The notes beneath the pieces were generated by a model. That model was not told the origin of the DNA. It ran no database searches and was given only the letters and a program-made list of their open reading frames with translations. Below are positions 26,191-38,142 of a DNA stretch of 64,000 nt, in pieces. Source of the stretch: Octopus sinensis (taxonomy: Eukaryota); contig NC_042997.1 in NCBI RefSeq assembly GCF_006345805.1, forward strand, positions 193,812,001-193,876,000, written 5' to 3'. Both the position numbers and the translations under genes were made by a program. Each line of letters opens with the position of its first letter. Position 1 is the stretch's first letter.

Positions 26191-26536
26191 CTCTAACCAC
26201 TAGGCCATGTAACTACATAAATGTTGCCCGAAACTGAAATAACGTAAATTATTGAACTGCAAACTTGCTGATTTCACGATCGAGTAAAGTTCAATTCCAG
26301 CGTTATCCTGCCTCTTTTATTTCATGACAGACAGCGCAAACTTTCTGATTCGACATTTTAAACGAATGCTTTTATGATCTTTTAATTAACACAAATAGCT
26401 GTACTGGAAATAGTTGTAATCAAGTATCAAATCCAATTAGAGTCAAGTAATTAAATGTCCTCCACTTTGAAATGTTTCGACGGTAATATTAGTTACTTTA
26501 TATCGAGTACGTATGACATACTCTCTTAGCGTAGTA

Positions 26537-26947
26537 GGATCTTTTCAGTTTGAACGGCAGTTTTTTCTAGCGGTGTCATATGAAACTGTCACCCATAATT
26601 ATGACCCTAGTATCGATCTATTGCATTTCAATCTGTTTTAGGATTAGGGGTGGGGGGGAAGGGTATCTTTTTTTCTTCACAAATGTAAATATCCCCAATT
26701 TGTTTCTTAAACGAGGGACATATTCATACGGCACAGAATGTTTTTTTACCTCAATAGACGTCATTGATTGGTTGAAATTGCAGAAATTGAAGAAAAAAAC
26801 AACAAATATCTTACAAACTATAGAATTTTCTCAATAAAGCCAAGAGAAAAAGATGTTTTATAAACACATTCTACCAGTATACGAAGTAAAAAAATTTTAG
26901 TTACCTAGAAATTATGTTAAAAACTGCCGTTCAAACTGAAAAGATCC
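26537..26947. mobile_element. GGATCTTTTC-TIR MITE (same family as 10183), TSD not retained
   Basis: TIRs and internal sequence match the 10183 and 44993 copies. Confidence 0.85.
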
Positions 26948-27207
26948 TTTTGTTTTTGTGTTTTAACTACGTCTAGGAAGATTAGATTAAGGACTACAAA
27001 GCATTGTCTAAGCCACTCCAACCGTTCAAGTCTATCCCCAACATAGTCCTAATAACTTCGGATGAACTCACATAAGCAATAAAATTATCACTACCTTAAA
27101 ACATTGAATTAATTCTTAAGATCTGAAAGAATTTCATGCTTCGAAAGAATCCCAGAAAGAAGGTAAGAAAAACAATATAGTTATGTTGTGATACATATTA
27201 CATTCAT

Positions 27208-27465
27208 AGTGGAGACGCGTGGCTTATTGGTTAGGGTGTTGAACTCATGATCGTAAGATTGTGGTTTCGATTCCTGGACCGGGCGATGCGTTGTGTTCTT
27301 GAGCAAAACACTTCATTTCACGTTACTCCAGTCCACCCAGCCGGCAAAAATGAGTAACGCTGCAATGGACTGGCGTCCCGTCCAACTGGTGAACACATAC
27401 GCCATTGAAACCGAGAAACCGGGCCCACGAGCCTGGTTAGGCTTTAAAAGGGCGCATTTATTTTT
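27208..27465 (+). mobile_element. SINE family D, full length
   Basis: tRNA-like head GTGGAGACGCGTGGCTTATTGGTTAGGGTGTTG..GTGGTTTCGATTCCTGGACCGG. Divergent copies at about 53510-53660 and 56578-56830. Confidence 0.8.
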
Positions 27466-27676
27466 ATTTTACATATCACATTCATCCTCATTCTTTGCCA
27501 CAGTTAAAAAGTTAATTTCGCTTGATTAATTAAGCTAAAAAATTTCATTCAACAATTGCAATGACGTCACCCTATCTCTTCTGATATGAGCCAAAGAAAG
27601 AAGCCTTCATAGTATTGCACTGACTTGTTGGAAATAGCAGTTAAATCCCCCTCCAAGACATACGTATTTGAAATAA

Positions 27677-28066
27677 TCTCTATATATAAAGCTGAAGTTG
27701 TCTGTGTATGATAGGTTTGGTGACCTTCAACTAACACTATCTCCTCCGAGACCCTGCGACGCAACTTGACCAAAATTGAGAGTATGGTAGAAGAAGGCTT
27801 GCTCTTCCTTCCGTAGAAGAAAAAATTTAAATCAGACCATGTTAAGACCAACAGTTATTTACATCAAAAAAGTGCTTTTTTTCTATGAAAATCCCTATTT
27901 TTTACGATTTTTTGACTGCTGTATCGCCATTTTTCGGTGTATTTCAACCAGAAAAATGTTCACTTAAAGAGAATAACAAGCTAAATAATGCAAAAGTTTT
28001 ACTTTTCAAAAATTCCAATTCTAAAGGGTCGAAACAAACCCGAGCAACGCCGGGCGTTACTGCTAG
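27677..28066 (+). mobile_element. Non-autonomous Helitron
   Basis: A|TC start, subterminal hairpin CCCGAGCAACGCCGGG, CTAG|T end. A second copy lies inverted at 47495-47894. Confidence 0.85.
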
Positions 28067-28596
28067 TAACAATAACAAAGATGACCGCCTGCATAGTGTA
28101 ACTATAGTAAACAAATAGCGTAGGATTTCTGAAAAGAACGTAGTCAACTGTTAGAGAACTGCGCTATAGATATAGCTAGGCAGAGAACAAAAGACAAGCA
28201 GTAAAAAGCAAAGGCCACCTGATGCACACATACACACACAAACACAAACAAACACACATACAAACAAACACACACAAACACAAACACACACATACATATA
28301 TTGGTCATTTCAAAGAGAACGCTCAAGATCCATTATACATTCGTTGCGCTATCTCACCTGATTATCTAATAGATTATTTTATCAATAAATCTGTGTATAT
28401 AATCATTAACGCACACGTACATTACATATTTATATGTGTACATATACAAATATATCTTTTACATGTACGCGCGTGTGTGTGTGTGGTGTTGTGTGTGTGA
28501 TTCATTAAGCTCTTTTGATAATGCCTCTCAGATATTTCTTACATCTTGTGTTTTTACATGTATTAGTGTGTGTGTGTGTGGTGTTGTGTGTGTGTG

Positions 28597-28663
<67 letters not shown>

Positions 28664-29223
28664 ATACATAGAACTTCGTTATCACAGCTTATGCGACTTG
28701 ATGCCAATGCAAACTGGCCGGTCCAGACCATCACTTAACGATTTGAAGTAGTTATATTTTTGACTTGAGTCGAAAATTCTGGTACCGTGCACCGCTTCTT
28801 AGAGAAACCCGAAAGATATATGTGCTTGTGTGCGTGTGTGTGTGTGAGAGAGAGAGAGAGTGCATGTGTATGTGTGTGTGTGCGGGTGGACGGGCTTCGG
28901 CTCGTGTGTGTATGTATGCATGTATGCATGTATGTATGTATGTCATTGTTCAGTTTTATTTCAAGATTTCTTGCTAATAGAAAAAGAACCGGTTTCTAAC
29001 CTAGATCCAAGGCTCCTTCATTGGAATTTCAACATCAGCAACAGGGTATTTTTGTTTGTATGTATGTATGTATGTATGTATGTATGTATGTATGTATGTA
29101 TGTATGTACGTACGTATGTATGTACGTTCGTATGTATGTATATATGTATGTGTGCAGATTTATGTATGCCCTGTCATGCATATATTTGCATATCCAGAGA
29201 TGTTCGTGTATACTTAAATAATA

Positions 29224-29425
29224 AACGTCTGCAAAGTTTTACAGATTTTTACAGTTCCAGTGATGGTTTGGATCTGTAGTCTTTGAATCAGCTTTCTCAT
29301 TTCTGGTTTTGAGAAGTCTAATTTCTCAAGATTGGTATTTAGGCAGAGTGCTACATATCCCAGTACCCCAATAATTACTGGTATTAACCTGAAATTGTAA
29401 TCTGGATAAACTGCAGATGGAAAAG
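29224..29425 (-). mobile_element. R4/Dong-like RLE retrotransposon, C-terminal fragment
   Basis: YNFRLIPVIIGVLGYVALCLNTNLEKLDFSKPEMRKLIQRLQIQTITGTVKICKT follows the RLE C-terminal pattern (IPV.IG.LG..L.....G...I.R). Confidence 0.75.
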
Positions 29426-29494
29426 TATATATGTATGCATGTATGTATGCCTGTAAGAATGTATGTATGTATGCACTCACATATATAATATATA

Positions 29495-29540
<46 letters not shown>

Positions 29541-30187
29541 AAATGTGGGGGTTTAGTTCACAGGTGATGTAAACGATTAGGTGCGCTAGGTAAGTGCTGC
29601 ACTCCAATGTTATAGCCGAGACGGTAGTTATGGAGCCATTGCAGATTTCCGATGCAGCGGATATACAATTGTTAAAGAGGACAACAAACATTAAGGCAAG
29701 GCAAACATCTCAAGTCATATACAATATTATTATAGGAATTTCTTCCTACAATAATATTGCATATGCCTTCAAATTTTTGCCTTGCTTTAATGTTTGACGT
29801 CCTGTTTAAGAATTGTGTATATAAATTAACGAACCACCATGTAGCAATTCAACAATGATAATGATATACTTAAATCATACCATACAGAAAAAAATTAAAG
29901 ATACGATAAAACACTTACCTAGAACTAAATAAAGTAAGAAATAATAAATAAATAGTATATAATTATATATTATTTATTTATTATTTGTACTTTATTTAGT
30001 TCTAGATAAATGTTTTATCGTATCTTTAATTTTTTTCTGTATGGTATGGTTTAAGTATATCATTGTTGAATTGCTACATGATGGTTCTTCTCTAATTTAT
30101 ATACATGTATTATATATTGTGAAATTTGATTTAGTATTACTAAATTGAATTTTTCCCTGTAAGTTTGGAATCATTTTCCCTAATATC

Positions 30188-30245
30188 TATTATTATTATT
30201 ATTACTATTATTATTATTATTCATTATTATTATTATTATTATTAT

Positions 30246-30288
<43 letters not shown>

Positions 30289-30310
30289 TTATTATTATTA
30301 TTATTATTAT

Positions 30311-30368
<58 letters not shown>
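30188..30368. repeat. (ATT)n microsatellite (others at 9554-9606, 32626-32668, 32825-32897, 34139-34210)
   Basis: Direct inspection. Confidence 0.95.
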
Positions 30369-30372
<4 letters not shown>

Positions 30373-31434
30373 GAACTTTGATCGACAACATCTCAAGGAC
30401 CAGACGTGATTTTGCGTCTATGAATGGTAATTAATGCAGATTCAAGTCACTTTTTAGACATGTATATATATATACATACATACATATGTGTGTATGTGTG
30501 TGTATATGTGTGCGTGAGTGAATGTGCGTACGTGCGTGCGCGAACACACGCACAAAATCAGTAAATATCTTGTCCATAAAATCTAATTGATTATACAAAA
30601 ATAGTAACCTGGTCAAACATATTACAAGACATATAGTGAACACATAAGCAGACGTTAAAGTGCCAGGATCGAGACACATCTTTTGCTAGTTTTTGTGCGT
30701 GTGGAGGGGTGGGGGAAGCTGGGGAGTCCTGCAGGCAGGATATTGGTGATACCAAAATATACTGTCGCCTTTATCATCAGAGACTCAGCACAGATAAACT
30801 GCCGAACTAAAAAGTAGTTGGAACACAGTATACACACATGGAAGAAAGTAACTCAATGGACCAGAATATATCGTATTTAGTCGCGGTGAGTCTACGGTTG
30901 TAAATGACTGAAAGATTTTCTAATTACACAATTCTACAGTAGAATAATTTGAATGTCGTCTTAGGAAATTAGCATTATATAATTAATGCTGGAATAAAAT
31001 ATCTCAGGTTAACAAGAAATATATCATGTGTGAAAGATTTATAAAGACCTCGGTGAACAAAGCAATTTTTCGGTTTTTCTTCTTTTTTCTCTCTTTTTTC
31101 TTTCTCTCTTTCTTTCTTTTTCTGTCTCTTTTTTGTTTTTTTTTTCTTGTTTTTTTTTTTTGTTCGTGAAGTTCCTTATGAATCCTGCGAAATGTAATTT
31201 CAGCAATACATATGTGCATCATGTATATGTATGTTTATGTGCATTTATTTATATATATAACTATTGTTCCTCTATATATCTGTGTGTATGTGTGTGTGTG
31301 TATGAATATATATATATATATGTGTGTGTATGTATATATACATATATATGTGTAAATCATCATCGTTTAGCGTCCGCTTATATATATATTATAATATATA
31401 TATATTATATATATATATATATCTGCATATATAT

Positions 31435-31501
<67 letters not shown>

Positions 31502-31612
31502 ATTTCCCAAAAAAAAACAAAAGACGAAGATATATATATATATACACGCACCCACATATATAGATACATATATATATACATATAGACATATATATGTATA
31601 TATAGTGTATTA

Positions 31613-31676
<64 letters not shown>

Positions 31677-32829
31677 TGTATACATATATATATGTAGTTC
31701 ATAAATGTCTGACAGTTGTCTGCGACTTTTCTTTATTTTTCATCTCTAACTCTTACCGCATTTCTCTCTCTCTCTTTCTAATATTCCAGTATCTCTCTCT
31801 CTCTCTCTCTCTCTCTCACTCACTCTCTCTCTCTCTCTCTGTGCATCCCAATCATTTCTCTTTCATTATTTCTCTCATCACACATTTCTGTAATTAACTT
31901 CAAATTATGTTCCGACCTATTAAGTTGCACGCATCGATAACGGAATTAAAATGGCGGCTTTCTTTTGATGCCTTGAAATGTTCCGCGTAAAGTTTACAGT
32001 ATTAGACCATAGTACGGACAGTTAACAGCACCGACGGCCCCAATGACCACCAACACTGCTACCTACACTGTCATTACCACATCCTCATCACCATCAGCAA
32101 CACCAACACCAACAAAACTAGCACACCTACCAGCAGAATTACCCTCATCCCCACCATCACCGTCACCAAACTTTTCTACTTTAGAACACAAGAACTGAAA
32201 TTTTGAGGGTGAGGGTTAGTCGATAATATATAACAGTGTGTAACTGTTACTTATTTCATCGACCCTGAAAGGACGAAAGGCAAAGTCGACCTCGGCGGAA
32301 TTCGAACTCAGAACGTAAGGGCGGACGCAGTGCCGCTAAGCACTTTGTCCGGCGCAATAAAAGTTCTGCCAGCTCACTGCCTATTTTTATTTTTATTATT
32401 ATTAAGGCAGCGAGCTGGCAGAATCGTTATTGCGTCGAACAAAATGCTTAGCGGCATTGCGTCCGTCTTTACGTTCTGAGTTCAAATTCCGCCGAAGACG
32501 ACTTCGTCTGACATCCTTTCGAGATCGATAAATTAAGTACCAGTAAAAAAAAAAAACTGGGGTCGTTGTAATCGACTAGTTCCCTCCACGAAAATATCAG
32601 GCGTTGAGCCTTTAGTAGAAAGGATTATTATTATTATTATTATATTATTATTATTATTATTATTATTATTGAGTGAGAGAGCAGTTCATGCCATCAAAGT
32701 GACACTGGGGTAAAATATACGAAGCCCAATATACCCATCATGACTACCCGTCTGATAAGGGTACACCAGGCACATGCATCACAACCATATGTGCGCGACA
32801 TGGTGATCTCATATCAAGGTAAATTATTA

Positions 32830-32901
<72 letters not shown>

Positions 32902-33609
32902 CGGTGAGCTGGCAGAACCGTTATTGCATCGGACAAAATGTTTAGCGGTATTTCGTCTGTCTTTACGTTCTGAGTTCAAATTCGGTCGAGGTCGACTTTA
33001 CCTTTCATCCTTTCGGGGTCGATAAATTAAAAACCAGTTACGTATTGGGGTCGATCTAATTCTGCTGGTGGGCGTGTTAGTTGTGTTGATGATGGTGATA
33101 TGGTGATGACAGTGTGCCGAAAACCATTACAAGTTGTGGCGGCACGATGAGATAACAAAAGTGCTACACTGGAAACTGCGAAAAGTTGGGGTTAGAGAGA
33201 GGCAAGACGTGGTATGAGCACAAACCGCAGAGAGTCACGGAATTGGAGACTAGCAAAATCCTCTAGTGGTGGTCGACAAGATGCACCTCATATACTATAT
33301 AGTTGATGTTGATATATAAGGCGGCGAGCTGGCAGTAACGTTAGCACGCTGGGCGAAATGCGTAGCTGTATTTCGTCTGCCGTTACGTTCTGAGTTCAAA
33401 TTCTGCCGAGGTCGACTTTGCCTTTCATCCTTTCGGGGTCGATAAATTAAGTACCAGTTACGCACTGGGGTCGACGTAATCCGTTTGTCTGTCCTTATTT
33501 GTCCCCTCTGTGTGTAGCCCCTTGTGGGTAGTAAAGAAATATATATAGTTGATGTGTCCCTCCCCACCCCTTTGACCCACAAATAGTCAAGAAGGAAGGC
33601 GAAAAATAG

Positions 33610-33815
33610 ACTCAACTCCTTAAGTACGAAATAGCCCGACTGTGGAAGATGAAGAAGGTGAAGGTAGTGTCAATTATTGTTGGCTCCTTGGGGACAGCAT
33701 CAGAAGGTATCAAGAAGAATATAAAGGAAACTGGAACAGCGTGCAGCAGAATTAACACAAAAGGTTTGCCTCCTTGACTCGGCCAGAATAATCAGGTAAG
33801 TATGAGATAGCTGAA
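33610..33815 (+). mobile_element. R4/Dong-like RLE retrotransposon, C-terminal fragment
   Basis: LKYEIARLWKMKKVKVVSIIVGSLGTASEGIKKNIKETG, then after a frameshift ELTQKVCLLDSARIIR. Confidence 0.75.
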
Positions 33816-34139
33816 AAGAACGAATAGCATGGTACCGTAGGCTGCAGGTAGTAAGCCCGCTACGCTTGCCAGACTCCGGGAGCTGCAATAAATTCTGTGA
33901 TAAAAGAGATAATAATAATAATAAGGATTTCGATTTTTTTTCCACAAGGGCAGCTTGCGGGAGGAGATTAAGTCGATTACATCGACCTCCGTGTTTCACG
34001 AGTACTTATTTTGTCGACCCTGAAAGGATGAAAGGCAAAGTCGAGCTCGACAGGATTTGAACTCAGAACGTAAGGACGGATGCAATGCTGCTAAGCATTT
34101 TGTCCGGCGCAATAACGGTTCTGGCAGCTCGCCGCCTTA

Positions 34140-34200
<61 letters not shown>

Positions 34201-35722
34201 GTAATAATAATGCCCTGATGCAGAACCAAAAGAAAGAATGTCATAAAACAACTTCCTTTGGCTGGCACACACACACACGCACACACGCACACACACACAC
34301 ACATGCACACACGCACGCACACGCACACACTCTAGCTAAAACTTTTGTATGAATTATGTTAATTCTTGCTATCTGCACGCGCAAAATTACAGCTCAAATT
34401 CAATTGAAATCACCTTTTTCTATTCTGTAATTCATGTTTGTGATGAGTGTATTTAAAAACCTGATCTTCGATATAAGCTTAAAACGAAGTTCTCTCAGAA
34501 ATCCTGTCCTTTACCTGTTGTTTCTAGCATGTCTGGGTTGGCATTCACCCCCACCCCCAGGATTTTTTCCCTAAATTTCTTCCGATTCTTATGTTTTCGA
34601 TACAGGACATTCGGATTTCGCCCAAAAAACACACTCTCAATATTTTGATGTTCTCCCTCCCCATCCCAATTTCTTCATTATTTTACTTTTTTCGAATTTT
34701 TTTTCTTAGTAATCCACATAGAAAAAAAAAACAGAGAGTGTGAATCTTTAAAAATTTCCTTCTTTCTTTTTTCTTAAAGAAACACTAAAATCTCCTTCCC
34801 AAACATCCACCCATCACCTCACCAATTTCAAAAAGCTACAAACTCCCAATGTTTCCCTTTTAGCTTTTTGGAAAGGAGGGAAGTTTCTTCAGAAATAATG
34901 TCGTTTACCTGCTGCTTTTAGCATGTCTGATTTTCTAGTGGTACTTTAATAGTTTTTATGTCTGTTATTTCAGTACCAGTCTACGTATGCGTTAAGCATC
35001 AGACGAAAGTGAAACATTGGGTTATTTTAGCTTTTTGAAAGCGGGTAGGTGATGGGTGGACGAGGTGGGGGAAGGGGCATTGAATGTTTCTTGAAGAAAA
35101 GTTAAACTTTAAAAAGAAATATATTTCCCAGATTCGTAATCTCTTTATCTACATGGATAAAAAAAAAACAATTTGTAAAAAAAGTTACAAATTAAGAAAT
35201 TGCGGTGGGGACGGGGGGAAACTAAAATTTTGAAAACGTGATTTCTGGGCAAAATTGTATAAACCCCCTTTTTATATGATGAAACAATACATAGTTTGTG
35301 ATCCTTCTTAAGAGAAAGCGCTTTCATGCAAACCCATACAAATTGTACCCCTCCCCCACTTTACTTTTAAACAAACAATAACTTCCATTATTCCATTAAC
35401 TATATACCAGCTGTACCGATTCTGCCATACAATATGGCTGTAGGTCATAACACACGGGCAACGTCGGGATGCATTGCTAATGTGTGTGTATATATATATA
35501 GTGGAGTATTTTTGCCATTTAAATGTGGCTAACCCGTAAGGGTGGATGCTACTGTAGCTTGTAGCCCCAGGAGGACACCTCCCCCAGCTGGCTATTGACA
35601 CACTCCTGGGGCTACAAGCTACAGTAGCATCCACCCTTACGGGTTAGCCACATTTAAGTGGCAAAAATACTTCACGATGTGTTGCAGCTACTGTTTATAC
35701 CTCGCTCGGAGATTTATTATTG

Positions 35723-35783
<61 letters not shown>

Positions 35784-35786
<3 letters not shown>

Positions 35787-35933
35787 TTAATCCAAACAAG
35801 AAAGCGCAAAAAAACACAACAACGCGAGGACGTGGAACAAATATAGTATTATTGGACGCTCAGGAAAGAAGGAAAGAAGGAGGGTTTAACGTTTCGAACG
35901 GAGCTCTTCGTCGGAAACATAGGAGAAGGAAAG

Positions 35934-35936
<3 letters not shown>
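35784..35936 (-). mobile_element. Penelope pLTR end fragment (related to the pLTR at 60760-60900)
   Basis: Minus strand shares GAAGAGC..TCGAAACGTTAAA and TTCCTGAGCG..ATA.TA with 60770-60835. Confidence 0.65.
35884..35918 (-). ncRNA. Minimal type I hammerhead motif (U4>C core variant)
   Basis: GUUU-CCGACGA-A-GAGC(UCC)GUUC-GAA-ACGU-U-AAAC. Stems I and II pair, and stem III is the palindrome ACGU. Confidence 0.6.
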
Positions 35937-35964
<28 letters not shown>

Positions 35965-36000
35965 AATTGATCAAAATAAAAACATGATGCGAAGGATTCA

Positions 36001-36078
36001 GCGGTACATATGTTTCGGGCCTTTATTAGACAGATTTATAACAATGCATAATGTATGTCTGTCGCCTTCTTCAGCCGC
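36001..36078 (-). ncRNA. Type I hammerhead ribozyme motif (inverted copy)
   Basis: Reverse complement of 39958-40035. Confidence 0.7.
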
Positions 36079-36186
36079 GCACAACAGCTTCCACAAGGAC
36101 ATGTGTTACATCAGAAATTCTTGGTTGGGGATGCAAATCCTCCCATTCGCGTACGACATAATGCGGCAGCAGCATAGAATTGATGG

Positions 36187-38142
36187 GTGGACGAGAAAAT
36201 TACTATTAAAGACCATAAGAAAGACTTCCCAGATAATGTTGGAGTACGATTAATCTGTCCGACTAAATCAGATATCGGCAGACTTAGCAAGACTATCCTG
36301 GACAAGGTGATCCCACACATCAAACCCCACATCCCACTCCAACTATGGATTAACACCGACGATGTGCTAGAATGGTTTAACACTATCACCAATAGGCCCG
36401 ACTACTCATTCATCCAATTCGACATAGCTAGCTACTACGCCAGTATATCCCCCATCTTACTTAACAAATCCCTTATATTTGCCCGCAACCTTTCACTCAT
36501 AGACAGAGAAAAAATTGACATAATACTATTAGCTAGAAAAACCATAATAGAATTCGACGGTAGACTCTGGACCAGATCCGATACCCCCGACAATTTTGAT
36601 GTGGCTATGGGCTCGAGCGATTCAGCTCAGGTGACTGACTTGGTCGGGGCCTACCTGCTCAAGAAGCTTTTCTCCGAGGTACCGGATCTTCAGGGGGGTC
36701 TATACAGAGACGACGCTCTCTTCATATACCCCACCAACAATAGGAGTAAACTAGAAAGAATTAGGAAAAAGATCAGGCTTTTTTTCAAATCCTTCAATCT
36801 TAAACTAGAATTTATGACCAATACTAAAATAGTAAACTTCTTAGATGTTACGTTAGACCTGAATAAGCACCTTCACCACCCGTATAGGAAACCCGGAGAA
36901 ACTACCAAATACATCCATACCTCTTCCAACCATCCACCCTGTATAATTAGCATCACGGTCCAAGCCATCTCAGACAGACTGACAAAACTATCCTCTAATA
37001 GAGAAATTTTCAATAATCACGCACAACACTACAACCAGGCTCTCTATAGTGCCGGGTATAACCAGAGAATATCATATGTAGACCACCCGGGAGCGTCCGT
37101 CTGCCATAAAACTCCCAATTATAATCGAACTCAGCACTCAACTCACACTAGCGATAATTCTAATTTAAACTCCAAACAACGTATAGGAAATAGGCGAACT
37201 AATAGCATAGCACACAATAGTAACCCTCCCGACGAGAACAATATAGGTCCTATTAGGAGAAATAGAAGGGATAATAGATTACGCAAATACATATGGTTCA
37301 ACTTACCTTACAACTTAGCAGTTAGAGGTAAGTTATGTAAGAGAATATTCTCTATCATTTCCAACAACTTCCCACCCACCCACAAGTATAGAAGTATCTT
37401 CTCCAACAAAACCATTAGGATTTCTTACTCTACCCTGCCCAACATGAGCTGCCTCATAGCTAAACATAACTATATTAATATTAGAACAGCTAGATCAAGA
37501 GCAAACCATAGCGACCAACAGAACCCCCCTCATCTAGACAGTAGACAATATAACCAGACTGGCAGCCATACTACCCAAACAGTTAGTAATAACTCCCGCC
37601 AACACAACAGAGGAAATACTACACCCATCAACAACCAGGAGGATATCAACGCCCCCACTCGTATTGCAACACCTCCGCCTGGGATTAGCAGCACACGACC
37701 GAATAATGCAATGCAATGCAACTGCAGATGTGCATCTGAGTGCCCGCTGCAGGGCGCATGTAGGGCGAAAAACGTAATATATTCGTGTGAGGTGAGTACC
37801 CAGTTTAACACACTCACCTATATTGGTTGCTCAACCTCCTGGAAATCCAGATACTACAACCACCGGTCCTCGCTGAGACACAGACATAAGGCTAACAGCA
37901 CCTCCCTTTCTAAAAGAATTTGGGAATTAAAAGACAAATGTATAGGCTTCAAACTCAGATGGTCCATCATCGGATCAGCTGCACCTTATTTAAATAATAG
38001 AGCAGGATGCCAACTATGTTGTGTAGAACTCCTGAACATCTTGAAATTCAAAGACAAACACAATCTTATTAACAAAAGGTCAGAGTTCAAACCATCCTGT
38101 ATACACAAACTTATTAATACTTTCAAATACTACAAAGCTTAG
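36187..38142 (+). CDS. PLE reverse transcriptase + GIY-YIG endonuclease (N-terminally truncated, 651 aa open)
   Basis: RT motifs ITIKDHK, RLICPTKSDIGRLSK, FIQFDIASYYASI, FDVAMGSSDSAQVTDLVG, GLYRDD and NFLDVTLDL. Then IWFNLPY, CNCRxxxxCPLQGAC, VIY..YIG, STSLSKRIWELK, CQLC and LINKRSE. Confidence 0.93.
   Translation: MDEKITIKDHKKDFPDNVGVRLICPTKSDIGRLSKTILDKVIPHIKPHIPLQLWINTDDVLEWFNTITNRPDYSFIQFDIASYYASISPILLNKSLIFARNLSLIDREKIDIILLARKTIIEFDGRLWTRSDTPDNFDVAMGSSDSAQVTDLVGAYLLKKLFSEVPDLQGGLYRDDALFIYPTNNRSKLERIRKKIRLFFKSFNLKLEFMTNTKIVNFLDVTLDLNKHLHHPYRKPGETTKYIHTSSNHPPCIISITVQAISDRLTKLSSNREIFNNHAQHYNQALYSAGYNQRISYVDHPGASVCHKTPNYNRTQHSTHTSDNSNLNSKQRIGNRRTNSIAHNSNPPDENNIGPIRRNRRDNRLRKYIWFNLPYNLAVRGKLCKRIFSIISNNFPPTHKYRSIFSNKTIRISYSTLPNMSCLIAKHNYINIRTARSRANHSDQQNPPHLDSRQYNQTGSHTTQTVSNNSRQHNRGNTTPINNQEDINAPTRIATPPPGISSTRPNNAMQCNCRCASECPLQGACRAKNVIYSCEVSTQFNTLTYIGCSTSWKSRYYNHRSSLRHRHKANSTSLSKRIWELKDKCIGFKLRWSIIGSAAPYLNNRAGCQLCCVELLNILKFKDKHNLINKRSEFKPSCIHKLINTFKYYKA

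Noticed and set aside
27120-27161. 42-bp micro-exon candidate (DLKEFHASKESQKE|gtaaga)
   Set aside because: Splice-like sites of this quality occur by chance in AT-rich DNA, and there is no homology support.
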